Made by a program: the position numbers and the translations under genes. Below are positions 14,342 to 26,920 of a DNA stretch of 64,000 nucleotides, piece after piece. The notes beneath the pieces were generated by a model. It made no database searches. It saw only the letters and a list, made by a program, of their open reading frames with translations, and was not told where the DNA came from. Location: the NCBI RefSeq assembly GCF_006345805.1, contig NC_043003.1, positions 89,528,001-89,592,000 of the forward strand, read 5' to 3'. Source of the stretch: Octopus sinensis. Lineage: Eukaryota. Numbering within the stretch: position 1 is the stretch's first letter; every line of letters starts with the position of its first letter.

Positions 14342-14536
14342 ATCTGTTACTCTGAGTTTCTCGTTGCCGTTCATCAGACAGTTTTTGCTAGCAAAAACTG
14401 TCTGATGAACGGCAACAAGAAACTCAGAGTAACAGATTTTGTTGAATTTTCTGCTGCTTAAAATAAAGCATATTACTCTACCACTGGTATTTGAGTACTC
14501 TTTTTTCACCTTGTTTCACATTTATGTGTTTACTCC

Positions 14537-14540
<4 letters not shown>
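14342..14540 (+). mobile_element. Truncated PLE pLTR beginning with a 96-bp foldback palindrome (14342-14437) containing two opposed hammerhead-like motifs
   Basis: Palindrome centred at GCT|AGC (14389/14390) with one mismatch. Right arm AAAACTGT-CTGATGA-ACGGCAACAA-GAAAC-TCAGA-GTA^ACAGATTTT. Confidence 0.8.
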
Positions 14541-14604
<64 letters not shown>

Positions 14605-14733
14605 TATATATATATAAAAAGCAATAAAGATTCAAGTTAATTTAAATGAATTTACTTGAATATGGTACCTAACTTAGATGCACCAAAAAAAACTATACTG
14701 TTTTAACAATACAGTAATGTGGGGTGATTATAA

Positions 14734-15353
14734 GCGAGAAAGAAGCAACAAGAATGGATAGGTTTTTAGTACAATCGTTTCATACAAGGACAGGCTTTAT
14801 TAAAAGTTGTAAAAATTACAGCATATAAACGTGTCCCGTACTCATCAGCTAAAATACATGTGAGTTCTCTAGACATCCTAGTGGTTGAGGCTATACTCAT
14901 GAAGTAATGTAGATAATTAAGTAACATAAACAGATTTCCAAAGTTCATTAAAGTTCTTTAAAGATGATGTACAGTCTTATCACAGAATTTTAAAAAAGTT
15001 CTAATAGCATCACAGAGAAGGTGACCTAATCCATAGAGCACATATGAATTTCCAGAGATATGATGAGGGATTACATACTCACAGAAGACAAATTTATCCA
15101 TTGTTAATCACAACGTACATCATCTTTAAAGAACTTTAATGAACTTTGGAAATCTGTTTATGTTACTTAATTATCTACATTACTTCATGAGTATAGCCTC
15201 AACCACTAGGATGTCTAGAGAACTCACATGTATTTTAGCTGATGAGTACGGGACACGTTTATATGCTGTAATTTTTACAACTTTTAATAAAGCCTGTCCT
15301 TGTATGAAACGATTGTACTAAAAACCTATCCATTCTTGTTGCTTCTTTCTCGC
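14734..15353. mobile_element. Inverted pair of 239-bp PLE pLTRs (14734-14972 / 15115-15353) with a 142-bp spacer
   Basis: The arms appear to be exact reverse complements; the identical 60-aa spurious ORFs at 14766-14948(-) and 15139-15321(+) support this. Each arm contains a hammerhead. Confidence 0.9.
15233..15323 (+). ncRNA. Type I hammerhead ribozyme (identical copy on minus strand at 14764-14854)
   Basis: TTTTAG-CTGATGA-GTACGGGACA...TGTCCTTGTAT-GAAAC-GATT-GTA^CTAAAA. 6-bp stem I, intact core, stem II present, minimal stem III. Confidence 0.85.
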
Positions 15354-15370
15354 GTATATATATATATATA

Positions 15371-15745
15371 CTAGCAGTATCGCCCGGCGTTGCTCAGGTT
15401 TGTAAGGGAAATAACTATAAAGCATTTTTAGAGAGTTATAGCCAAAAAATAGCAAAAGAATGGAAAAAAATGATGGTAAATTTTTGTTTGAGTTAAAAAA
15501 GGTGGAGTTGCGTCCCCTAGACAGTTTGTGTTTTGTGTTTCTGATTCTCGACCCCATGTCGAATTTATCGATTTTTTTCAGAACTGGGGGAACTTTTCAA
15601 AATTTTCTCTGCGTTAGTTTTGAATTATGACATTGGGCTATGGTGTGTCAAGTTTCATCATAATCGGTTGAAAGCCGTGGTCAGGGTGAGGGTACAAGCA
15701 AACAGACACACAGAAACACGCACAGACAAACTGCCGTTTATATAG

Positions 15746-15746
<1 letters not shown>
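15371..15746 (-). mobile_element. Complete non-autonomous Helitron (376 bp)
   Basis: Minus strand A|TCTATATAAACGGCAG... to ...CTGAGCAACGCCGGGCGATACTGCTAG|T: TC and CTAG termini, 3' hairpin, A|T target in (TA)n. Confidence 0.88.
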
Positions 15747-15780
<34 letters not shown>

Positions 15781-16983
15781 ATATATATAATATATATATA
15801 TATACAAAATGGGACAAGAACGCAAAACATTCAGAAGACGATACAAAAAACACGGACGGATCATTCGAAGCCTTCAATCTTCTGTCAAGAACCGGATCAT
15901 CCTCGCAATTTCGGCTGATTAATCTTGAGATTGCTCCAATCCAGCCAGCCCCAAGGAAAAACTAAGCTAAGAGCACCAGATTCCTTGGAATAAAGCTTCG
16001 AATGTATACGAAACAAGGACGGGTAAACGGACGATGTTACACGAATATAAATACAAAAATATACGAAAAAACAACAACAACAACAATAATAATAATAACA
16101 GGACATCACAACAGGCGTCTTTCGACTTAGACGAATTGAACTCAGCTGGCGTGTTAGGAATATGCCTTGGGACAGACAAAAAACAATGTTGATGTTACCA
16201 CGACCGCTGCCAGACCCAAAAGGCCAGTAGGTCACGTGTGAAGAAAATAGAGAGGAAACGAGGGACAGAGGAATTAAGGAGGGGGAGAAGAGAGAGAAAA
16301 AGAGGAACAAGGAATTAAGGAGGAGAAGAAGAAAGAGAGAGCGAGAAAAAGAGACAAGGACAAAGTGAAGTGCAAAGTAAGAAAGACAAAGAAATGTAGG
16401 AGAGAGAGAGAGAGAGAGGACGTAAGAGATGGAGAAAGGGGAAAAAGAGACGGGTGAGAGAAGGCGAGAAAGTGAAAATCTGAGAGTAGAAAGAGGAAAG
16501 AACGAAGCTTAGAAGGAAGGTGATAAAAAATAGATTTCTGAAGAGAAAGAAGAGGCATAAATAAGAGTGAATAAGAGTAAGAAACGTTTGCAAACACACA
16601 CATATGCATGCATATATATTTATTTCTTTATTGCCCACGGGGGTGGGGGTGGGGGGGCTAAACATAGAGGGTAACTGGTACTTATTTAATCAACTCCGAA
16701 AGGTTGAAAGGCTAAGTCGACCTCGGCGGAATTTGAACGTACCGGCAGACAAAATACCGCATATGTATGCATGTCTCTCTGTATGTCAGTACACATGCAT
16801 GCAAGCATATATATAATATATATATATATATACACACATATATATATATATATGTAAGAACGTGTGAATGTGTGTGTGTGTGTGTATAATGTATACATAG
16901 GTATGAGAGTGAATCAGAAAGTAATGTAATTTTTATTTGCATTGCTTTCTCACCAATCACAGTCATGTGTATATACATATGCA

Positions 16984-17399
16984 CAGCTGTGTGGTAAGAA
17001 GCTTGCTTCCCAATTGCAAAGCTCAGGGCTCAGTTCCACTACATGGCAACATGGGCGATTGTCTTCTGCTATAGCTTCTGGCCAACCAAAACCTTGTGAA
17101 TGGGTTTCGTAGATAAACCTTAAGAAGCGTATCGTATGTGTGTGTGTGTGTGTGTGTATATATACATATGTTATATGTGTGTGTGCGTGTGTATTCGTCT
17201 CCCATCACTGCTTGACAACCGGTGCTGGTGTGTTTACGACGACCATACAGCAGCGGTTCGGCAAAATAGACCGATTAAATAAATACTAGGGTTTAAAAGA
17301 AAAGTACTAGGGTCGATTCATTTGACAAAAATTTCTTCCAGGCGTTGCCTCAGCATAACCGTAGACTAATGACTGAAACAAGTAAAAAAAAAATAAAAG
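16984..17399 (+). mobile_element. tRNA-derived SINE (family A), diverged
   Basis: Head gctgtgtggtaagaagcttgcttccc and tail gactgaaacaagtaaaa. Homologous to 34891-35302. Confidence 0.8.
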
Positions 17400-18762
17400 A
17401 CACACACAAATGTATGTATGTATGTATGTATGTAGAAAGATTGCCGTATATATGTATGTGTGTGTGTGCATGAAAGGAAGGAAGAAAGAATCTGAGAAAC
17501 AGAAAATATAAATAAGCGCGAAAGTGAATGTTTCAAACATTAGTCAGGTGGGAGTTGAGGAACTAAGAATTAGAATTCACGAAGAAGACACTGAGATGTG
17601 TAAATAAACAAATATAAGAATGTAGAAGTGACAATCTGAAGGAGAAGAGAGAGAGAGAGAGAGAGGCTGGTAATGGGAGTCGGAGAAAGTAAAAGGGGGA
17701 GGAGTGGGAGTGAGAAGACGGGAAGCGAAAAGCGGGTTGTGTAGTTGTGAGAGAATGAATGGTAAAAAGCAAAAGAGACATAGAAAAGGAATCAGTGAGA
17801 AGTTAAAAGAAAGACTATAAAAGAAACAAGAAAAGCAAAACCTGAAGAAAATATTGTCTTCGGAACGTAAAGTTTAGAATATTTTTTTGAAAGAATAGGT
17901 AAGGAAAAAAAACTCTAAGAACGAAAAGTTGTTGTTATCTTTTTCTATAAAATCCTTGGTGGATTTGAATTTTTAAATTTACAGAAGAGAAAGAAAAAGA
18001 ATAAGAATTATTTTTATTAGAAAAATACAAAGAAATTCAAGACGAAGAAAATAGTTGAAAGAGTTACAGAAGAGAAAGAGAAAACAAGAAAAAAACAGTA
18101 ATACGATAACTCATAATAATAATCTCAAGTGGATTTACTGACCATAAATAACAGACTAAAGGATTCTTATTATATTAAAGGAGTAACATTAATAAGGAAG
18201 TCCTCGCCATCACCAAATCTATAAATAATGGTAAGGTTATTATTCATACTCTTGTTATCGTTATAGCATAAAGGATTATTGTTATTATTGTTATAGAAGA
18301 AAACCTGTTTTAAAAGAAACCATTGTTGTTGTTGTTGTTGTTGACGTCGATGAAATAGGATATGAAATACTGGTGTCGATGCAATCTTCTAAACTTTTTC
18401 CCTCAAAACCAGAGAGAACTGTTGTTGCTGCTGCTGTTAATATGGTAGACGAATTGACTCGGGGTATTTCTGCTGGTCCTTTTAGATTGAGTTCAAATCC
18501 CGCCGAGTCCAACTTTTGCCGTTCATTCTCCACCCCTTCCGGGGTTGATAAAATGAAGTACCAGTCAAGTACAGGGCTCAATGTAATAAACCAGTGCTCT
18601 GCGACCGGCATTCCGCGGTACACTGGTGAAAAGAATATAAAAGTAGTGTACGGCAAATAAAAGGTTGCGGAGCGCTGTAATAGCCTCCTCTCAGAAATGC
18701 TGTCCTTGTGCCAAAATTTGAAACTCTTGTTATTGCTACTTTTCACCCTGGCGAAATTCTGG

Positions 18763-19219
18763 TTTAAGCACCCCATATAACACTTCATAACTTTCTTATA
18801 TTTTGGAATTTTCAAAAACTTTTTGCGAATTTGTGTTCTACACACGGGAAATTACGATTATGTAAAAAAAAAAAAATTATTAATCTAACACCTTCTCATA
18901 AATCCTAAAATGTTCAGTTTAAACTACGGAAAGTCCGAATTATTTTGCTTAAAACTCTTGACTGCATCATCATTATATCAAATGTGTTTATGAGGAAAAC
19001 ATCAGTACATGTCAGAGTGCCGAACTAACGAGGAAGGTATCAGGCAATCGTGAGATGTGCTAAAAACAACAGCTAAATCGCTCTTGAATCACACACATAC
19101 ACAATTTTTTTCATATAATTGTATGATGAATTACCATGTGTAGAACACAAATTCTCAAAATTTTTCTGAAAATTGCAAAAAATATAAAAGTTATGATGGG
19201 GTTATATTGGGTGCTTAAA
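18763..19219. mobile_element. Degenerate foldback/MITE-like element
   Basis: ~110-bp diverged inverted repeats 18763-18873 and ~19105-19219 (TTTAAGCACCCC...GGGTGCTTAAA). Both spurious ORFs begin MCRTQI on opposite strands. Confidence 0.55.
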
Positions 19220-19593
19220 GCACCTTTATCCTCTCAGGGTTTATTAAATGGAGAACCAGTGAAATACTGGTGTCAATGTAATCAGCTAAACTTCTCCCTC
19301 AAAATTTCTGGCTTTGTAACTAAATCAGAGAGAGCTGTTGCCATCTTGTCTTTTGTTGCTGCTACTATTGTTCATCTTTTGAACAAAATGCATTGTTATG
19401 TCTGCTGGCCCTTTAAACATTCTAAGATCAAATCCTGCCAGGTTCAACTTTTGCTTTTTATCCCTGCCCCTAGGGGTGATAAAATGAAGCATCAGTCAAA
19501 AACTAGGATTCATGTAATCCTCTATTAAATTGCAGGCTTTGTGCTAATATTTGAAAATCATATAATAATAATAATAATTATTATTACTATTAT

Positions 19594-20279
19594 TAAGGTG
19601 GTGAGCTGGCAGAATCATTGGCACACTGGACGAAATGCTTAGCAGTATTTTGCCCGTCACTCTGATCTGAGTTCAAATTCCACTGAGGTCCACTTTGCCT
19701 TTCATCCTTTCAGGGTTGATAAAATAAGTACCAGTGAAACTCTGGGGTTGATGTAATCGATTCATCCTCTCCCCACAAATTGCTGCCTTTGTGGCAAAAT
19801 TTGGAACCATTATTATTATTATTAAGGGCGTTAGCTGTCAGAATCGTTAGCATGCTGGACAAAATGCTTAGTGGTATTTCGCCTGTCGCTCCGTTCTGAG
19901 TTCAAATTCCGTCAAGGTCGATTTTGCCTTTCATCCTTTCAAAGTCAATAAAATAAGTACCAATTGAATACTTGGGTTGATGTAATTGATTATATCCCTC
20001 CTTCAAATTTCAGGCCTTGTGCATATAGTAGAAAGGATTATCATTATTATAAATTTGAAACCATTTAAGGTGGTGAGTTGGCAGAATTGTTAGCATGCTG
20101 GGTGAAGTGCTTAGTAGTATTTCATCTGCCCTCGTGTTGCAAGCTCAAATTCCACCGAGGGTGACTTTGTCTTTCATCGTTTCGAGGTTGATAAATTAAG
20201 TACCAATTGAGTACTAGGGTTGATTTAATTGACTATTCCTCTCTCCCAAATTTCAGGCTTTGTACTTATAGTAGAAAGA

Positions 20280-20311
<32 letters not shown>

Positions 20312-21962
20312 GGTAGTGAACTGGTAAGATCATTACTGTGATGGACAAAATGCTTAGCTGCATTTCACTTGTCTTTATGTTCTGCATTCAAATTCCACTG
20401 AGGTTGACTTTGCTTTTCATCCTTTCAAGGTCAATGAAGTAACAGTTGGGCCCTGGGGTCAACATAATCAACTTACACCTTCCCCAAACTTGCTGGCCTT
20501 ATGCCAGAAAGAAATGGAAAAGACAGATCATTTCACTGTCTTTTCCATTTCTTTCTCCCTATCCTTTATGTAAATCACCACACAAATTGTTGTCTGTCCT
20601 TGTGATGTCACCCACATCTCTGCTTCAGTGGCTAAGAAAAGAAATTATTATTATTAATAAGGCAGCAAGCTAGCAGAATCATGAGTATGCTGGATGAAAT
20701 GCTTAGCAGTCAGTATTTCACCTATTGCTATGTTCTGAGTTCAAATTCCGCTAAGGCTGACTTTGCCTTTCATTCTTTCAAGGGTTGGTAAATTAAGTAC
20801 CAGTGAAACACTGAGGTCAATGTAATCAACTAGTCCCCTCCCCTCAAATTTCAAGCCTTGTACCTCTAGTAGAAAGGATTGTTATTATTATTAAGGCTGT
20901 GAGCTGGCAGAATCATTAGCATGCTGAGCAAAATGCTTAGTGGCATTTTGTCCGCCTGACATTCTGAGTTCAAATTCCACTGAGGTCGACTTTACCTTTC
21001 ATCCTTTTGGGGTCGAGAAATTAAATACCAGTGAAACACTGGGGTTGATGTAATCAACTAGTCCTCTCCCCCCAAAAATTTCAGGCCTGGTGCCTTTGGT
21101 AGAAAGGATTATTATTATTGAGTGAGAGAGCAGTGCATGCCATCAAAGTGACACTGGGGTACAAATATATGAAGTTCAATTTACCTATCATGACTACCCA
21201 CAATCATATGTGCATGACATGGTAAACGGTGCACGATATTGCAGGTGAGGTCCTGTTGGAATTTTCTTCAGGTTGAGTTGCCCATTCCACTTGAAAATTC
21301 CATGAATAAGGGTTGTTTAAGGATGTTGAATGAAACACCCATGTTTCCAGAGGTGAATTATTCAAACCCTAAATGATTCCTTTCAACACATGGCTATGAT
21401 GCTCCCCCACTACTTCTGCTCATGATCAGAGATGCACATATCGTCAGCCACTAAGGGACATGGTCAACTGGTGAAGGTCAAGCAACTGACAAGCAAATCT
21501 GTGGTACTGAGCAGAATATTTGCTGTAGCCCATCTTTTACATCTTTGTTGTTATTATTATTATTATTGAGTGAGAGAACAGTGCAGCGAGCTGCCAGAAT
21601 TGTTAAGAATTGTTAGCACACTAGGGTCAATAAATTAAGTATCAGTTGTGTATTGGGTTTAATCTAATCAACTGGCCCCCTCCCACCAAATTTCAGGCCT
21701 TGTGCATATAGTAGAAAGGATCGTTATTATTAAAGTGGTGAGCTGGCAGAATCATTAGCACACTGGGTGAAATGCTTAGCGGTATTTCACTCATTGCTAC
21801 GTTCTGAGTTCAAATTCTGCTGAGGTTGACTTTGCCTTTCATCCTTTCGGGGTCAATAAATTAAGTACCAGTGAAACACTGGGATTGATGTCATTGACTA
21901 GTCTCCTTCTACAAAATTTCAAGGCCTTGTGCCTTCAGTAGAAAGGAATATTATCATCATCA

Positions 21963-22008
<46 letters not shown>

Positions 22009-22230
22009 GGTAGTGAGCTGACAGAATCGTTAGCACGTGGGGCAAAATGCTTTGTGGCATTTCGTCCGTCCTTATGTTCTGAGTTCATATTCTGCTGCGT
22101 TAACTTTGCCTTTTATCTTTTTGGGGTCAATAAAATAAATTCTAGTTGAGCACTGGGGTTGATGCAATTGACAAACCACCTCCCACAAGGTTCCGGCCTC
22201 TGTACTTATAGTAGAAAGGATTATTATTAT
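19594..22230 (+). repeat. Head-to-tail array of ~9 tRNA-derived SINE-B copies separated by (ATT)n tails
   Basis: Units start ~19594, 19822, 20065, 20309, 20658, 20892, 21580 (deleted), 21731, 22007. Each has an A box (ggtgagctggcagaa) and B box (gagttcaaattcc). Older fragments at ~18470-18650 and ~19400-19560. Confidence 0.9.
21118..21545 (-). mobile_element. Unclassified retroposon-like repeat (family D), older copy
   Basis: Homologous to 22478-23031; ends in (AAT)n on the minus strand; CpG-decayed. Confidence 0.7.
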
Positions 22231-22441
22231 TATTATTATTACTTTTATGGGTTTTTCCATGAGTAACCTTTCGTAGTGCCTCCCCCTATTGGGAGTTTTG
22301 TTACTTACATTTCGTTGTTATCCTGCTTTTCTACACGAACGTTTTTCAAACGGACAAAACCCTTTGTAACTTTCGTCCTGTGTTTTGTCCCTTTATGTTT
22401 TAATTGATTTTTGTTAGCCATTGTGGCCAATAAATGAATGA

Positions 22442-22477
<36 letters not shown>

Positions 22478-23031
22478 GAGTGAGCGAGCAGAGCATGCCA
22501 TCAAAGTGACACTGGGGTAAAATATACGAAGCCCAGTATACCCATCATGACTACCCGTCTGATAAGGGTACACCAGGCACATGCATCACAACCATATGTG
22601 CGCGACATGGTGATCTCATATCAAGATAAACAGCACATGACCTTGCAGGTGGAGCCCAGTTAGAATTTTCTTCAGATCGAGTAACCCATCCCGCTCAAAA
22701 GGTCCCTGAATAAGGGTTGTTTAAGGACGTTGAACGAAACACCCATGTTTCCAGAGGTGAATTATTCAAACCCCAAAGAATCCTTCTCAACACATGGCTA
22801 TGATGCTACCCCACTACTTCTGCTCGTGATCAGAGATGCACATATCGTCAGCCACTAAGGGACATGGTCAACTGGTTATGGTCAAACAACTGACAAGCAA
22901 ATCTGTGGTATTGAGCAGAATATTTGCTGTAGCCCATCTTTTATACCAAGACAAAACAATGTACATGATAACACTTCCAATCAGTTAAGATCAGAAGCCA
23001 TGAGAGCCACTGCCTGGTACTGCATCGGGGT
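22478..23031 (-). mobile_element. Unclassified retroposon-like repeat (family D), younger copy
   Basis: ~550 bp, flanked by (ATT)n on both sides, retains CpGs. Homologous to 21118-21545. Confidence 0.75.
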
Positions 23032-23509
23032 ATTTATTATTATTATTATTATTATTTCTGAAGCCTATATGCCATGCTTTCACTGCACAAACATTGAGTG
23101 CAACATGTGCAATACTTTATTTTTGTGTTTTTCTGTTGTATCCAGCACATTTTATGTAATAATATGTGCAGTCACTGTTAATAATGTTTTCTCTATGCTT
23201 TGCAAAAATATCTGATCCTGTGATTTTTGTTTAAGTAATTATCTGCATCATTTTTTAATTATTCCAAAAGCACCTATAATTGTAGGGAGTGTGTGTCTCA
23301 TTCCAATTCCCAGGTTATGTTTATTATTTTGAGTTTTTCTTTCCATTTGTTTCCATATTCTAGTGAGATCTTCCTGACTCCTAGGGTAAAGAAATACACT
23401 GTATACATTGGTAGACCATTAAACTAAATTCACCAGATTGTTTATTTTTAAAATGAAATGAAGTTATGTGAAAAAAATTAAAATACGTGGATAATAATCA
23501 TTATTATTA

Positions 23510-23677
23510 TTACATCCTCATTAGCGCAGGTGGTGGTATTGTTTTCAGTCGTGTTTGTTTGTCTATGGACAAGATATCTCAAGAACCACTGGATGGATTT
23601 GGGTGAAACTTTCAGTGATGTTTGGCCTCGTGACTGGCACAAATTGATTAGATTTTGGGATTGATCCAGTGCTGGAC
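23510..23677 (+). mobile_element. 5' half of a DINE-1/HINE-like (Helentron-type) non-autonomous element
   Basis: Degenerate subTIR (tacatcctcattagcgcaggtggtgg) followed by gtttgtttgtct and ...gaaactttcag. The 3' half is at 25312-25510. Confidence 0.55.
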
Positions 23678-23829
23678 TTTCAAATCTTTTTCATTTATCT
23701 CCCTTTAGGCTGTTTCCAAAGTTTTATTTTCGTTTCTCTATTAGTAATTTTATTCACGTCTCTGCCTTAGTAGAAACTGATGGATAAAGAAATTAAACTA
23801 CACAAATAAACGGCAGCAACACTGTTCAG

Positions 23830-25310
23830 AAATTAAATAACACTAACATATTTTTATAATATATATATTATATATTATACAAATTGAGGTAGGGGTTGTG
23901 AGTGCAACCCACCATGGAATAACATATATCCAATATACTGCCAGTAAAGCACCCAACAAAGTTAATACATAAATGTTAAGAATTGCGAGGCAATTAATTC
24001 ATTTATTGTATTATATGGGCAGAGGTAAAATGTTTTACCACAAATTAATAATACAAAATAAGAAAATGGAGAAATACTCCTTTATCAATAATCAACTACC
24101 AGATAATACCCAATCACATAATTTATTAACCCACTACATATGAACATCAAGGTCAAACATAATAATATAGAACAAAACAATGCACATCAATGAGTAATAT
24201 GATACAATAAGTACAATATGTATAAGTGAATATAAATGAATATAAATATAAACTACATCTTACAGCTGTTTCAGCCATGTAGATATGGGTATCTCATTAT
24301 GCTCATATTAGCCAGGTGTGATAAGTTAATATGTGGTTATAAATGAGATACTTACAAAAATATCTCAAGGCCTCTTTAGAGATTATAAAGTACAATCTAA
24401 ATATGAATATCAGAGGAGGTACACCCATACAAGAGTGGGTACATACCCATAATATATAATATACACATACATATGAGTGCATATACCCATGCTCCTATAT
24501 ATATATACACATATACATAATAATATACAACAATATACATACATATATACTATATTCAAGGTTACAGTTGGTCAAATCAATATGTTAGAATATTACAATA
24601 TACAAACATACACATATCTATATGCAAATGTACATATATATACAAAGTCAAGAGTTCATTATATTAAGTTACAAAATGCCATTAATATTACTATCATTAT
24701 TATTACCATTACCACTATTGTTACTAATACTATTATTATTATTATTATTAATAATAATACCAGCAAAACAATATGTGCATCACGCGGTTCACAGTACATA
24801 TCATGTGGAAAAAATCAGGTAGAATACATCAACAGCTTAATATATTGGAATAGCAACATAATAATAACAACAACAATAATAATAATACAGTACAATGCAA
24901 AACATTATAGATCAGCAAATACATATAAAATGAAAAATATTGATTTACATCATAGCAAAGTCCAAAAGTGTACATGCATATAAACGCATACTAGCCAGAG
25001 TTTTTGACGGTGATATATATTAACACTTTACAGTATACTTACATATATACATACATCTATACATACATCTATACATTGATCTAAAACAACAGGAATATTA
25101 AAAGAAGGCTGGAATTTAATAGAAGAGGAAACCAAAAGGTCTCATGCTATTCATTTAAAAATTCCTGAGTAGAACTCATGATGGTTACATCTGCCTTTGA
25201 ATCTATTTTGAATGGTGAATTTGTTAACTTTGGCTTGTATTAGATAAGGATAAACTAGTTATTACTGTTACTAAATTTTCTACAGCCACCTTCACATTCC
25301 CTGACTATAA
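23830..25310 (-). mobile_element. 3' end of a PLE (degenerate endonuclease tail plus long 3' UTR/pLTR)
   Basis: Minus strand 25080-25310 translates to a degenerate ...TQEFLNE*HETFW...PSFNIPV tail (frameshifted). Hammerhead at 24257-24383. Confidence 0.6.
24257..24383 (-). ncRNA. Type I hammerhead motif (decayed core)
   Basis: ATCT-CTAAAGA-GGCC...GGCT-GAAAC-AGCT-GTA^AGAT. Stem I ATCT/AGAT, palindromic stem III; G5>A in the core. Confidence 0.7.
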
Positions 25311-25311
25311 C

Positions 25312-25510
25312 TGGGATTGATCAGGTACCGGACAAGGATTCTGGACTATTTTTCCTGTTTTTTTACTTAATTTTTGAGAGTGGTCGATCTCATTTTTAGT
25401 ATTCTCGTTTGTGAGAGCAGTCAAGTTTATTTCAGATGTTCTCATTTTAAAAATCATCTCCGGCGAATCGTTGATGTTGCTTTGGCGGAGGTTTGCGCTC
25501 TCTGAGTGCT
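25312..25510 (+). mobile_element. 3' half of a DINE-1/HINE-like element
   Basis: TTGGCGGAGGT subTIR, then GCGCTC-TCT-GAGTGC hairpin and a T-run. Confidence 0.6.
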
Positions 25511-26279
25511 CTTTTTTTCCTTATTATTATCATTATTAATATTAATATTAACTACCAGTTTGTCTATTTAACTAATAGTTTATCTGTGTGACTGTCTTAT
25601 GTAAGTATGTATGTATGTATGTATGTATGTATGTATCTATCTATCTATCTGTCTGTCTAATATTCATTTTCCTATTTAATATCTATGTTTCTGTGTGTAT
25701 GCATGTGTATACACACATGCATGCGCATGCACACACACACACACACACACGAACATGCATATACACAGCTATACATACATATATATTCTACATACATATT
25801 CTTCCTCCTTATCATCATCATCATCATCATCATTATCATCATTTTAATGTTCACTTTTCCAGTGCTAGCATGGAGTTAATTGTAGCAGATTCTCTACTTG
25901 AGTGCAGAAAGATCTTCTGCTTGAGTGTATGTGTGAGGCCTTCTCTTGATGCAGAGATCCAATTTGAACAAATTTGTCTAATTGGCTTAAAACTGATCAT
26001 GATGTGTGTATGTATGTTTTTACAACAGGTTTCATTTAGTCTCTATCTAACAAATCCACTTGCAAAGTTTTGTAGAAAACATTTGTCCAAAGTGCCACAC
26101 AGTGGGACTGAACCTGAAACCTTGATTGGAAACAAATTTCTGAACCACACCTGTACCTACATGTTCTATATAAATATTCTGCATATATATTCTATTAACA
26201 CTTTCTGCACACACATTCTATATACCTTTCTCTTGATGTGACTCCTTGTTTCCAGAAGATACATGAATAAATTTGTGGT

Positions 26280-26355
26280 CCCACTGCTTGGCAAGCCCTT
26301 GTCTGATTAAAAGACTTGTGAGTCAATTTGGTAGACTGAAACTAAAAGAATCCTG

Positions 26356-26426
<71 letters not shown>

Positions 26427-26920
26427 TGTGTGTGTGTGTGGTGTGTGTGTGTGTGTGTGTGTGTCTTCTGTCAGTGTTTGTCCTCCACCACCACCACCAC
26501 CACCACCACCACTTGACAACTTGTGTTTTATGTCCCTGTAACTTAGCAGTTTGATAATAAAGATTTATAGAATAAGTACCCAGTTTAAAAAAAAAAATTA
26601 AGTACTGGGGTTGATCCTTTCAACTAAAAATTCTTCAAGGTGGTGCCCCAGTATGACCAACGTCTGATGACTGAAACAAGTAATATATATATATATATAT
26701 ATATTCTTTTACTTGCTTCAGTCAGCTGACTGTGGCTATGCTGGAGCACGAACTTAAAGAGTTTTAGTTGAGGAAATCACCCCCAAGACTTATTCTTTGT
26801 AAGCTTAGTACTTATTCTATTGATCACTTTTGCTGGACCACTAAGTTATAGGAACATAAACACACTAGCATAGGTTGTTAAGTAATGGCAGGGGAACAAA
26901 GACTCACACACACACACACA
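26280..26920. mobile_element. Two tail-to-tail SINE-A remnants (plus 26280-26683; minus ~26700-26920)
   Basis: gactgaaacaagtaa tails face each other across (TA)n; CpG-decayed. Confidence 0.7.

Noticed and set aside
14766-15321. Two identical 60-aa ORFs suggesting a duplicated small gene
   Set aside because: By-product of the 239-bp inverted repeat; the region is a non-coding pLTR with a ribozyme.
18291-19528. 184-aa and 130-aa ORFs with the same MCRTQI start
   Set aside because: They arise from a degenerate inverted repeat plus SINE-B fragments.
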